Counted from the whole stretch's first letter, positions 24,160-36,337 are shown. The stretch is DNA of 63,702 nucleotides, filler included, from Psammoneis japonica (GCA_008632985.1; 4 parts of 4 records of this genome joined end to end with filler, not necessarily neighbours in it), one strand, 5' to 3'. The notes: generated by a model not told the origin, from the sequence alone. A program made the numbers and translations.

Positions 24160-27100
24160 ATGGTTCTCACTCATCAGCAACAAACCGATGGTTTCGAGCA
24201 CGTTGTTGGAACCGTGCTTGCCCAAGGTGCTGGGAGCCCTCTCCGTTTGGCTTTGGCACAAGACGGCACGGACTCGCATCAAGAACTGTTCACGTTCATG
24301 CCGTCCCAAATCGACTCGCTTGAGTGCGACAATGGCACTGATGTGATCCCTTTGCCCCGTGGTTATAAGAACATGTTGGCAGCTCTAGTTAGTCTGCACA
24401 TTGTCAAAGCACACAAAGGTCTTGACATTGCCAATGACTCCTCGTTGTTCACGCATGACGAGTTCCTTGCCTGCCGCCTCAGCCCCGACTGCATGTCTTC
24501 TGTGTCCATCGGCAGCTCACCCCTCGCACCTCCACATGTCACCAACCCGACCAAGGCACGCAACCCGGTGCGGGACTTCAAGTGAGGCATCAAGCGTGAT
24601 CCCACCTCTTTCACGGCTCTCAAATCCGACAAGCAGTGGCACACTTGGCACACCTCACTTGTGGCACAAGCCCGTGCCCAAGACGTCGAGTGCATTCTAG
24701 ACTCGTCGTACAAACCGACCAGCCCCGAAGACAAACTGCTCTTTGCTGAACAGCAAAAGCACATGTTCGCCGTCTTCGAACGCATCCTTCTCACCGACAA
24801 GGGCAAGGCTCTCATCCGCGAAAATGTGGGGTCTTCTGACGCACAGACCGTCTGCCGCGCCTTGTCTGAGTGCGCGCTCGCCTCCACCCGCGCATCCATC
24901 GAGTCCTCCACCCTGCCAACGTACCTTGCCACCGCACGTCTTGGTGATGGCACTTGGAAAGGTCCGACCCACGGGTTCATCCTTCATTGGCAAGATCAGT
25001 TGCGCAAGTGCGAGGCACTCATCCCGGCCAGTGACCACTTCTCTGAAGGACAGAAGCGCGTCATGCTCAAGAATGCCGTGCACCCTGTCGAGGAACTCCG
25101 TGCTGTCAAGAACCAAGCTGATCAGCATCGTACGCAGAGTGGCAAGAGCCTCACATGCGATCAATGCTGTGGCTTGCTCCTCTCCGCGGCAGCCCAATGC
25201 GACAGTGCGTTTCAACCCAAGACGACACCTCGAGCTCCCCGCCGCGCCACACACGCACACGACGTCTGCTCCGAGGAACCGTCCGATGATGTGTTCTGCG
25301 ACATTGACAGTGACATTGACGTCCTTCAGGCCAATGCTGCCTGCACCCGTGGTCCCAGCCTCGCCGGTGACCAATGGAAACGTCTCCCTCCCGACCACCA
25401 ACGGATCTGGGATTCATTGCCCCATTCCTCCAAGGCGATCATCCTTGAGCATTCTCGTCCGCCTCCCCGTAACCCGCGAGACAGCAACTGCCATGAGTCC
25501 GTTACGGCCAACCTTCACGACCAACGCCTTGGGAGTGACGGTGATGTCAACTTGTCCAACACGACTCCTGCTGACTCTGGTGACTCCGCTCCAAATGTGG
25601 GTGCCACTTCGGGTGATCCCATCCTGGCACACCTCACCAAGCGCAAGCCACTGCCACCCGGTGATCTGCACCGTCTGTTGTCTCCTAACCAAGCCCCCAA
25701 TGCCAGTCGACCGGGGCCATCCGCCGCTCCCTCTACCCCGCCAGCTTCTGCCAATGACACAGAACTCAACGGCCGCACTTGCCACCACGTCAATGACCAC
25801 AATGTCATTTGCTCTGCCTCTGCTCATCGCTCCACACGCACTGGCACTCTAGTCGATCGTGGGGCCAACGGCGGCATTGCTGGTGACGACGTTCGCGTCA
25901 TTGCACGCACCTCTCGCCAAGTCGACGTTCAGGGCATTGATGACCATCAATTGGTGGACATCCCTGTTGTCACCGCTGGTGCCGTCATTGAGACCCAGCA
26001 TGGTCCCGTCATCGCCATCCTCCATCAGCACGCATGCACGGGCAAGGGCAAGACCATCCATTCCTGCGGCCAGCTCGAATGGTGCAAACAGGATGTCAAC
26101 AATCGCTCTGTCAAGGTGCCCAACGGCTTGCAACGCATTGCCACTCCTGATGGCCATGTCATCCCCATTGACATCAAGGCTGGCCTGCCTTGTGTTGCCA
26201 TGCGACCTTGCACTGACGCCGAATGGGACACCCTGCCCCATGTCATCCTCACCGGTGATGACACATGGGATCCTTCCATCCTCGATCACTCTGTCACTGA
26301 TGACGACCAGTGGTGCGACGCGATCTCTGACCTGCAGGACGATCCCACTGCCAACCTGTTTGACGAATGCGGCAACTGCCGTCATCGTGTCGTTGTCAAC
26401 GAGACCATCATGTCCACTTCCTTGTCTGCCGATCACGCGTCCGCCCCTCGATGATCGCCTCATTCCGAATGACGACGTGTTCTACGAGTGTCATCTGCAC
26501 GCGATTGACCCCAAGGACGACGACGTCCCGCCCCCCGGAGCGCACTGCACAGCCCAAGGGCCCGCCCTTCGAGTCTTTTCGGCCTTGCTTTGGCTTCCTG
26601 CCTGCCGATGCGGTCTGTCGTACTTTTGACTGCACCACGCAGTGCGCCCACATGCCCGCCGGCACACACCTCAGGAAGGCCTGCAAATCACCCAACCCCG
26701 CCCTTAATGTGCACCGCCGCAACGAGCCTGTCGCCACTGACACCGTTTGTGCCGACACCCCGGCCGTCGACTCTGGTTGCACCAGTGCCCAACTGTTTGT
26801 TGGCACCGAGTCTACCGTCACTGACGTCTGCGGCACCAAGACGGACAAAGAGTTTGTCAGCACACTCGAGGATCAGATCCGTGAGCGTGGTGCCCCATCC
26901 AAACTCATTGGCGACCGTGCTCAAGTTGAGATCAGCAACAAAGTGCTCGGGATCCTGCGGGCCCTCTTCATCTCCAGCTGGCAAAGTGAGCCTCACCAGC
27001 AACACCAAAACTTTGCCGAGCGTCAACACCAGACCGTGAAGCGCATGGCGAACACTGTCATGGATCGTTTTGGTTCGCCCGCCCACACATGGCTGCTGGC

Positions 27101-29760
27101 GCTCATGTGTGTGTGCTTCATGCTCAACCATGCAGCGTCCCCACATCTCCACTGGCGCATGCCCCTCGAGACTCTCACTGGCTCCACCCCGGACATCAGC
27201 CCATTGCTTCGCTTTCACTGGTGGGAACCCGTGCACTTCCACCTCGATGACTCCGATTGGCCGTCCGAATCCCGTGAGTTGCGTGGATGCTTCGTTGGCA
27301 TTGCTGAGCACGTCGGCCACCAGATGACCTTCAAGATTCTCTCTGACGAGACTCAGAAGATCCTCTGCCGGTCCAACGTCCGCTCCGCTGCCACCGATCC
27401 TGCCGTTCGAAACCTGCGTCTTGATCCTCCTGATGGGGAGCCACCTGAACCCATCATCAAATCTCGCCATGACGACAACCCCGTCGATTCTCCTGATGGG
27501 GAGATCAGGACACCCAAGATGCCAGTTTTCGATCCACAAGACATCATTGGACGCACCTTCCTCATGCAGCCACAAGAGGACGGACAATGCCACAGAGCTC
27601 GCATCGTCAAGGTCGTCGAAGACCACGAATGGAAAGTGAACGGCAATCCCGAGCTCACCAAGTTCGTCTGCTCTGTCAACAACGACGAATGCGAGGAAGT
27701 CCTTGCCCACAATGACATCATGAATCACATTGAGCAAGAAGACGAAGACACTGCCATTTGGAAATTTCGATGCATCGTGTCACACGAAGGACCTCTGAAG
27801 CCTCACGACCCAACCTGGAAAGGCTCAAGCTACAACATCATGCTTGAATGGGAAAGTGGGGAGATCACGTCCGAGCCTCTTGCCATCATCGCCAAGGACG
27901 ACCCCGTCACCTGCGCCATCTATGCACGAGAGAACGGACTCCTCGACACAGATGGCTGGAAGCGGTTCCGCACCATCGCGAGGCGCCAAAAGAAGCCATT
28001 TCGCATGGCCAACCAAGCTAAGCTTCGCTCCTTCCGCACTGCACCTCGCTACAAGTGCGGATGCGAAGTTCCCCGGAACTGCAAACACGCCATGTCACTG
28101 GACGAACGCAACGGCAACCGCAAATGGGGAGACGCAACTAATCTCGAGATGGACCAACTCGACGAATACGAAGTCTTCCATGACTGCGGGCCCTTCGAGT
28201 CTTCCACTCCTCCTGCGGGACACAAGAAGATCCGAGTGCACCCAGTGTACGACGTGAAACACGACGGTCACCACAAGGCACGACTCGTAGCCGACGGGCA
28301 CCTCACGGACATGCCCATCGACAGTGTCCACTCCGGAGCAGTCTCCCTCTGTGGCCTTCGGCTGATGATTTTCCTGGCCGAACTCAACGAGTTGGAGACA
28401 TGGGCCACCGACATTGGCAATGCCCACCTTGAAGCCACCACCAAGGAGAAGCTTTACATTGCAGCCGGACCCGAATTTGGCAAACTCGAAGGACACATCC
28501 TTGTCATCCACAAGGCCCTGTGTGGACTGCGCAGCTCCGGTCTCCGCTGGCACAAGCGCTTCGCCGACTGCCTGCGAGCTGAAGGCTTCTTCCCCTGCCG
28601 CGCCGAACCCGACATTTGGATGTGCAGGAACGGCAACCACTGTGAATGCATTGCCGTTTATGTGGATGACCTTGCCATTGCCATGAAGGACCCTCAATCT
28701 TTTGTCGATGCTCTCACGGAAAAGTGCAAGTTCAAGCTCAAGGGTGCGGGACCCATTGAGTTCCATCTGGGTTGCGACTTTTCTCGGGATCCCGACGGAA
28801 CCTTGTGCCTGTCTCTGCGCAAGTGCATCGAGCGCATGGTCGACAGCTGTGCCCGACTGTTTGGGGAGAAACCTGCCACCAACGCCCTGTCACCTCTGGA
28901 GAAGGGTGACCACCCCGAACTGGACACTTCCGAACTGCTGGGACCCGATGGCATTCACAAGTTCCAGTCTCTTGTTGGTTCACTCCAATGGGCAGTGTCC
29001 CTTGGTCGAATTGACATCACCACGGCCGTCATGTCACTCTCTAGCTTCCGAGCTGCGCCCCGTCAAGGCCACTTGGATCATGCCAAACGCGTCTGTGGGT
29101 GCCTCTCCAAGATGCGACACGGTGCTCTCCGCGTTCGCACGGAAGAGCCCGACTGTTCGGATCTCCCTGCTCCGGCCTGTGAATGGATGCATTCCGTGTG
29201 CGGCGAAGCAGAAGAGATGATCCCAAAGGACGCTCCACTGCCCCTTGGCAAGTTCGTCACTGCCACCCACTGCGTCGATGCAAACTTGCACCATTGCATG
29301 CTCACCGGACGCTCTGTCATGGGAATGCTCCACTTCCTCAACAAATTCCCAGCTGATTGGTTCTCTGAGAAGCAAGCCACCGTGGAGACTGCAACCTGCG
29401 GGTCTGAATTTGTTGCCGCAAGGACTTGTGTCGAGCAGATTGTTGACCTGCGCATCACCCTGCGCTGCCTTGGCATCCCGATCCGTAATGTCAGTTGCAT
29501 GTTCGGTGACAACAAGTCGGTTGTAGACAGTGCCACCATCCCGCACTCCAAGTTACACAAGCGACACACCGCACTGTCGTTCCACCGTGTGCGTGAGGCA
29601 ATTGCCTCTGGTTGCCTTGAGTTCCACTTCATCGAAGGCTCCCACAACCCTGCTGACATCCTCAGCAAGCATTGGGGTCACTCCCAAATCTGGGACCTTC
29701 TCCGCCCCCTCATGTTCTGGAACTTCATTTCATCCGAAGTCGAGTCTGTTTCTGTGACTC
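24160..29760 (+). pseudogene. pol: Copia gag-pol polyprotein; premature TGA at 24583, frameshift near 26430
   Basis: PR LVDRGANGG; IN ATDT..IGD..SEPHQQHQNFAE; RT TDIGNAHL, KALCGL, YVDD; RH CVDAN, TCGSEF, FGDN, NPADILSK. Confidence 0.92.
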
Positions 29761-29778
29761 CTCAAGCAAACTGGGGAG

Positions 29779-30235
29779 TGACAGGATTTGAACAGGATTT
29801 GGGTGCGCGCGAAATGTCGCGCGCTGTTTGGTTTGCCGCGCACAGTTTTGTGTGCTTTAGTTCCGCGCGTTCGCGCGCGATGCAGTTTGCTTTCGAGCCA
29901 CAAGGCTCACAAGAATGACAACAGCAGCCCGATTGTACCGACCAACACGTCTTTCGGCTCCTGCAACGGTCTCTGAGCAGAGACTCATCTGCTGTTTAGA
30001 CAGCAGCAAGGAGTTGTTGTTTGAATTCTTGCCGTTTGCCTTCAATTTCTGTCGCGTGCGATGCAGTTTGCTTTCGAGCCACAAGGCTCACAAGAACAAC
30101 AACAGCAGCCCGATTGTGCCGACTGACACGTCTTTCGGCTCCTGCAACGGTCTCTGAGCGGAGACTCATCTGCTGTTTAGACAGCAGCAAGGAGTTGTTG
30201 TTTGAATTCTTGCCATTTGCCTTCAATTTCTGTCA
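29779..30235 (+). repeat. 3' LTR of Copia-1 with tandem duplication of its last ~182 bp (30054-30235)
   Basis: The LTR runs to ...tttctgtc at 30053, restarts at gcgtgcgatgcag and ends tttctgtca at 30235. Confidence 0.93.
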
Positions 30236-30579
30236 GAGGACACGTGTTGGAGCAGCCTCTTCACATGATTTGCCTGTGGCACTGATGCAGCACTGCCGGG
30301 TGCAAGGAGGCAATGACATGGGAGTCACGCAGGTGTTTCATCACGCAACCCAGCACCCCATCACGGTGGCAGGACCAGCACAACCGTGGGACGGACAACT
30401 TTTTGCGCTCGCAGGCGACCTGACGATGGGACAATGCCAACTTGCACCCGTTGCCAACGATGCCTTTCAGCTGGCCCAACACGGCACATGGGTGCCGACC
30501 GACGCAGCGCTGCAAGCTCACATTGTCACGACCCCGGAAGGATTGCACCCACAAGTTCAGCCGAACGACCCAGACGCGG

Positions 30580-30975
30580 GACGCGTTCCAGACGCAGGTG
30601 GGAATCCGTGTGACATTGGGCCCGTAGACTTCTGCGTGCGAGCTCCGTAGTAAAATCACACGGCAATTAAAATGTCAATGATCGCCAACAGAAAATGAGG
30701 CAATTTTGCGAACGCACAAACTCGCCCATGATTGAAGTACATCATTTTTTACTCAGCCAGTTGCGTTCTTCAGACATTGAAGAATGTAACTGGCGCATTG
30801 TTGTTTCTATAAATTCGTTGTGTAAAACGTCTGGGGCTTCGCAAAACAGCAAGTCTGGACAATTTTTTTTAAATGTCATACGTAGAAAGCTACGTGCGAA
30901 ACATGCGACGGATGATAAAAATTATTTGTGTCACACGTCAGTGCTGCGAGCTCCCACCCAGGGCTGGAACGCGTC
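30580..30975. mobile_element. MITE, 396 bp, TIR GACGCGTTCCAG, 4-bp TSD GCGG
   Basis: Perfect 12-bp TIR; GCGG at 30576-30579 and 30976-30979; removal restores the host ORF; family member at 59249-59638. Confidence 0.92.
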
Positions 30976-32599
30976 GCGGTTGAGGTCAGGATGCGGAACA
31001 CCATGATGGTGCCATTCGCGCATGTTAATCTCTTGCTTTCAACGCCGTTGACGCCAAAGCAGGCATTTGCCCGGGTGCTGGGGGCTGTCACGGCTGCCAA
31101 TGCGGTCAACGAATGCAGGCCACTTCTGGACTTTTTAAAAGTGGCGTGTTGCGCGACAGCATGGGACCAGCACACATCCGAAGCAGTGCAAGCATGGCCA
31201 ACGATGGTGCAGCCACCCAACGAAGCGCTCATTCGTTTCTTTGACGCGATGGTGCAGCATGACCTTCCGCACCGCGTGGGCCAACCGCCGCAACCGCGCC
31301 AGTTCAAACCAGTGGTCACGGCCATTGAGAGCTCAACAGCAGAACAGCGCCAACAATGTTTAGACGTGGAAGCGCGCCAACAGGCGGCATCGCGCGGCAA
31401 GACACAAACGGAGTTCTGCGGAGAGTTTGGCGTCGCCAAACTCATGCGTTTGTGCCAGGTGCATCACGAAGCTAACCCACCACCACTCTGGGCGCAACTG
31501 GCGGCCTCTCCCAAGACCAGCCGAATTGCTGCCGTCCAAAATGCAATCGACGAGCAACGGCAAGCACACCACGTGTACTTCAGCGTGCCAGTGACCGTGA
31601 ACCTGGTCACAAAACTCACCCAAGTCGACTTTGCTGGGCACAACAAGGACGAGTTAACTCAAGGAATCACCCCCTTCTTGTTCGGCATTGCTGCACCGGA
31701 GCACGCCGAGCAGACCGCCTGTCGCAGCTCCATGCACCAACAGATTCATGGAGGCGATGGCACACTGCCATCCTTGGCGGATGCACGTGTGTTGGAGGCC
31801 CCGGACGATGCTGTGGTGGCCACTGCAATCCAGGCAGTTCAGCAGTCTTTCGATGGTTTGTGCATGGTCCTCTCAGCAGCCTTTGGCGTGGCACATCCAC
31901 TGGCACAGTGGTTGACTCACATGCACCAGTCAATGGATGTCTGCGTGAACAATTTGGCGGCGCAAGTGGTGTCGCACCCGACATCACCAGCAGACCTGCA
32001 ATGTTGCACGCAGGCAAAGATGTGCCATTGGTTCCAGGCGCAGATGCACTCACAAAACCCTGTCCCATTTCAACCGCTCCCAGTGGTGGCTGAGGCCGCA
32101 CAAGGCGCCTGCTGTTGGCGTCTCGACCTGCCAACGTCTGTCCTTCAACCACCCACGACACCGCAGTCGCAGACCTCTGGGCAGCCACAGCCAGGACAAA
32201 ACCGCGTAAATGCACCTGGCGACAATTCCATCGTCCGCAACAAACAGTGCGACTGACGTTTCACGGTCTTGCGGGAGCACCCCAATGTCCGTTCGTGCAC
32301 CATCAAGCAGCGCTGCACCCGTGACAATGTCGCCTTGCCCACGGATTCCCAAGGGGTGCCACATTGTCTCCCATGCCATTTCATTGGACAGTGCAACAAC
32401 AACTGCAGATCACGTGCCAATCATCATCACAACCACATGGAGCAGGAGCAGGTCGACCTTCTCACGTGGGGTGCGCAACATTGGAAGACTGAACAGGTCA
32501 TCGGCAATGGTTCCTGCTCGGGGACATGGAACCAAGAGCCACTTCCCGCACGGGCACACAAGCCCATGCATCCACAACCCCCGCAAGTGGAGTCTAGAA

Positions 32600-34899
32600 A
32601 ATGGCCCTTCCGCCCCACAACACGTGGACAGGATGTGGCTGCATCAGTGCTGACTGACAAACCAGGCAAGCAAATTGCACGCGATGCAAAATCATTGCGC
32701 CTTAGAGGCCTCAGTTGCTTGTCACGTCTGCACAGTGGCAGAGGTGACTGGGGACCATTGGTGACAACGCGACAGCATGCAGCACACCAAGTGCTCACCG
32801 GTTGCAAATTTCGAGGGGTGCCGGTCACTGTTGCAGACAAGCCATGGTCCAACGCTGAGCTCCAAGGCAGCATCGCTCGAGGACCACACAAGTCCGCCTA
32901 CGAATGCATTGAGTTTTTGTGCGAAGACATGTCTGACTGTGTCGACAAGGGTTTCTGGGTGGTTGTTCCATGCAACGACGTCCAAAATGAGCCCAATCTG
33001 CGGCTGAGTCCCATTGGCGTTGTCCCACAACATGCACGTAGACCACGACCGATTGTGGATTGCACATTCTACGGTGTTGATCCCTCTGCTCAGCCCAACA
33101 TGCCAATGGAGTCCATGCAGTTCGGTCGCACGCTGGACCGCATCCTGCGGTGCGTTCTCCTTGCCAATCCCAACAAGGGCTGCGTCCATCCAATGAAGAT
33201 TGACCCAGCTGACGGTTTCTGCCGCATGCAGCTGGCGCCCGAGCAAGCACCCACACTGGGTGTGGTTTTTCCTCAACTTCCCGGGGAACCTCCCCTGGTG
33301 GCCATGCCAACTCGGTTGCCCATGGGATGGTCCAACTCGCCTCCGGCATTGATTGCCAGCCAGTGCGCAACCATCGGGCACCGGAACACCCACTCGAACC
33401 TTGCCTTGACAGCCGCCCACCAAAGCACCACGCTGTCACTGCTGACGTGAATCCATCCATTGCTGTCCCAGTGCCAGACACGCCAGATCCACACCTCATG
33501 CACCGCCGCCGGCGGCACCTCCAACATGTCGACATCTACGTTGATGACTTCATTGGCGCCGCCCAAGGCTCCAAACAATCGCTGGCGCAACGTGCATCGC
33601 ACGATCATGCACGCCATTGACGATGCATTTCGTCCACTCGACAACCGAGACCACGCGAGTCGCAAGGAGCCAATCTCAGTCAAAAAGCTCCGCAAAGGCG
33701 ACGCCACTTGGTCAACGCAGAAGGAGGTCCCAGGGTGGATCATTGACACTTTGTCCATGACCATCCGCCTTGCGCCGCGATGCCGCGAGCACCTCCGCAC
33801 CACACTGCACGAAGAGTTTCCCCACCATCGCAAGCGGGCAGCGCTCACCGACCTGCACAAGCTTCTTGGCGAACTGCGATCCCTCACACCCGGCATTCCC
33901 GGGTCTCGCAATCTGTTCTCCGAACTCCAGGAAGCCTTGCTCCACACCAAACCCGACGGGCGAGTTTGTCTTGCCCGCAATTTTCATGACACATTGGACG
34001 ATTTTTGGTTGTCATGCCGCGGGCTCGATCTCCACCCCACCTGTGTCCAAGAACTTGTTCCCCTGTCGCCCACTGTCACGGGCTGCCATGATGCAGCCGG
34101 TCATGGTGCAGGTGGCGTTCTTCTCCCTGCGCCGTCAGCGGTCGCACGCAGCACCACGCTGCATTGCTCCACTGCTTGCCATCGGAGACCACAACACAAT
34201 GCCGGACCCATCGTCTGGCGCATGCATTTCCCTCAAGCAGTCACCGACCGCCTGTCCACCTTTAAGAATCCCCGCGGCCCTGTTGCCAACACCGACTTGG
34301 AGTTGGTTGGCAGCATTGTGCAATCCTGTGCCGCGGCGGACTGTTTCGATGTTCGAGAGCGCACAGTGCTTGACCGCACGGACAACACCGGCACTCTCTT
34401 TCATCAACGCAAGGGCTCCACCATGACTGCGAAGGTCGCAGCACCCCTCCTTCGATGCCAAGGTCACCACCAACGTTTCCACCGCCACCTGTCTCTCCAC
34501 GACTGCTTGCCGGGACCGTTAAACACCGCTGCAGACGACGCCTCTCACTTGCAACATTTGTCCAACCGTGCCTTCTTGCAACATTTTAACACTCACCACC
34601 CACAGACTCCCTCTTGGCGCCTTTGGACCCCGCCACCCGAGCTGCGTTCCTGTGTGATCTCGGCGCTGTGCAGCGTGCCATTGCCCACGGCATTGCCGCT
34701 TCTTCCGCCAGCTCCAGCAACACCCACTGGGACCTCTGGCGAAGTTTCTGTGACGACTTGGCCCTCGACCCTCTCTCACAAGACGTCGATGACCCAGTCA
34801 TCTTTTTCCAAGTTTTCATGCACCGATTCTGTACAGGCGCCATCGCCCCACGTGGCAATCCCGTCCGCGCACGCACCGCTGAGGGTGCCTTGCGGTTGA
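32600..34899 (+). pseudogene. pol: Ngaro-like RT-RNase H; small deletion/frameshifts near 33350 and 33570
   Basis: RLSPIGVVPQ..RRPRPIVD, KIDPADGF, RLPMGWSNSPP, IYVDDF; RH HDAAGHGAGG, DLEL, TDN, PGPLNTAADDAS. Confidence 0.9.
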
Positions 34900-35768
34900 T
34901 TGGCCAAACGTTCGCTGCAATGGGGTCCCCGGACCCGCGGCACACACTCCAAGGCAACATGGATTTCCGCATCAGCCGCCAAATCCGTTTCTACAAGAAA
35001 GAGGATCCTCCGCCAGAATGGGTCAAACCGGTCCCCGTCGCTGTCCTCTTGTGGATTGCCCACGCCGCTTCCCCAACCAACCATCCGGGCACCCAAGCCA
35101 TCGCAGACATGACTGCTTTGGCCTTTTTCTTCCTCCTGCGGCCAGGCGAATGCACCGCCACCCCTTCCGACACCACTCCATTTCGGTTGGGGGACATTCG
35201 CCTCTCTGCTGGAGGTGCTTGCCTCGATTTGTTCACCTGCACCGATGAACACCTCGACACCGCCACCTTTGGCACGCTCACTTTTGCCACACAGAAGAAC
35301 GGCGTGCGTGGCAAAGTGACAGGCCTTGGCCTGTCCAGACACCCTGACCTCTGTCCAACACATGCCCTCATCTGTCGCGTGAAACATCTCCGCGCCTTTG
35401 GTGCCACACCAGACACGCCCCTGGGTGTGTGCTTGCACAACAACACCTGGTGCCGTGTCTCTCCCACCGACATCACCAGCATCCTGCGCACCGCAATTCT
35501 GGCAATCAGCCCCGCTGCGCTGGGTTTCACACCTGCCGATGTCTCCGCTCGCTGTTTGCGCGTGGCCAGTGCCATGGCCCTCCCATGTGCCCATGTTGAC
35601 GCCGACGTGATCCGCCTCTCAGGCCGATGGCGCTCCGACGAGATGCTCCGTCACCTCCACTTACAAGCAGAACCCGTCATGCGCAATTTCGCAACCCGCA
35701 TGTTGGCGGGTGGCCAATTTGTCCTGCACCCCAATGCCGACGTGCCCCTTGCTGCCGCCGACCCGTGA
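34614..35768 (+). CDS. Tyrosine recombinase of the Ngaro-like element; open frame, but the catalytic Tyr position reads His
   Basis: LAFFFLLRPGE (R), QKNG (K), SARCLR (R), GRWRSDEMLRHLH (W; Y->H). Confidence 0.9.
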   Translation: MAPLDPATRAAFLCDLGAVQRAIAHGIAASSASSSNTHWDLWRSFCDDLALDPLSQDVDDPVIFFQVFMHRFCTGAIAPRGNPVRARTAEGALRLIGQTFAAMGSPDPRHTLQGNMDFRISRQIRFYKKEDPPPEWVKPVPVAVLLWIAHAASPTNHPGTQAIADMTALAFFFLLRPGECTATPSDTTPFRLGDIRLSAGGACLDLFTCTDEHLDTATFGTLTFATQKNGVRGKVTGLGLSRHPDLCPTHALICRVKHLRAFGATPDTPLGVCLHNNTWCRVSPTDITSILRTAILAISPAALGFTPADVSARCLRVASAMALPCAHVDADVIRLSGRWRSDEMLRHLHLQAEPVMRNFATRMLAGGQFVLHPNADVPLAAADP

Positions 35769-35921
35769 TTCCATCACAGGCCGCGCCTCAGCCTTCCAGC
35801 CGGGCCCACCCACCCACCCAATTGCACACCGCCACTGCCTGCACCAGTGCACGTGGGTGGTGCCGGAACGGCCACACCGTTCCAGCTTGGGAATGGAAAG
35901 GGACCAACTGCACTAGTGAAG

Positions 35922-36300
35922 TGCAATGTGCGTTGTCATGTGCGCATTGCATGTGTGTGTCTACACATTAAATAAAAGCACATTTCAATCGTACGTCGAT
36001 CGTGGGTTCGTACGAAGTACAGATCAGTCACACAGAAGTGATCGGATGTCGAGAATCGCAAATGCGATCGTACGATGATGTTGACATCTTGTGTGTCAAT
36101 GTCAATCGTATCCGGACAATCTGTCGTCACGATCATATTCTCCGAAAGGCCTTTTGTCTGTGGGAGCAGTGCAAAAGGTTTAGGCCATTGAGAACCCGTT
36201 CGGAGAAACCCAAAATGATTGCGCAGAAATAATTCTCATAATTTTCACCTTTTGAACTTCGTTCTACTTTCGTTTACACTCGTTCTTCGAGCACAGTGCA
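35922..36300 (+). repeat. 5' LTR (379 bp) of Gypsy-1
   Basis: TGCA...TGCA termini; same length as, and colinear with, 57799-58177 (minus). Confidence 0.88.
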
Positions 36301-36337
36301 TTGTGCATACACACCACAGAAGGGCAACAAGTTCAAG

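Larger units (their letters stand above)
22945..30235 (+). mobile_element. Full-length Ty1/Copia LTR retrotransposon (CoDi-like), TSD GAGGA
   Basis: TGACAG...CTGTCA LTRs; GAGGA at 22940-22944 and 30236-30240; PPT ggggag at 29773-29778; domain order gag-PR-IN-RT-RH. Confidence 0.95.
22488..32496 (+). pseudogene. gag: Ngaro-like ORF1 (Pro/Ala/Gln-rich N-terminus, C-terminal Cys/His finger) in three pieces: 22488-22944, 30241-30579, 30980-~32496
   Basis: Reconstructed junctions read PNVLR|TRVGAA and NDPDA|VEVRM. CLPCHFIGQCNNNCRSRANH lies near 32365-32425. Confidence 0.7.
22488..35768 (+). mobile_element. Tyrosine-recombinase retrotransposon (DIRS superfamily, Ngaro-like), interrupted by a Copia (22945-30235) and a MITE (30580-30975); coding span given, termini not resolved
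   Basis: Order is gag-like ORF1, RT, RNase H, overlapping YR, with no methyltransferase seen. ORF1 rejoins in frame when each insertion plus one TSD is removed. Confidence 0.85.

Noticed and set aside
26367..29918. Alternative genetic code (TGY or CAY read as Tyr)
   Set aside because: The same motifs are Tyr, Cys or His in different copies, non-Tyr codons and non-coding LTR/TSD sites change too, and escape tracts use normal TAY.
22945..30235. ADAR-type RNA editing fixed by reverse transcription
   Set aside because: A->G and T->C co-occur on the same strand, sister LTRs differ, and an intron-containing gene and a TIR element are affected. Disfavoured rather than formally excluded.
29857..30235. 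CRISPR-like or tandem short ORF repeats around the LTRs
   Set aside because: They are LTR copies; there is no repeat-spacer structure and no cas genes.
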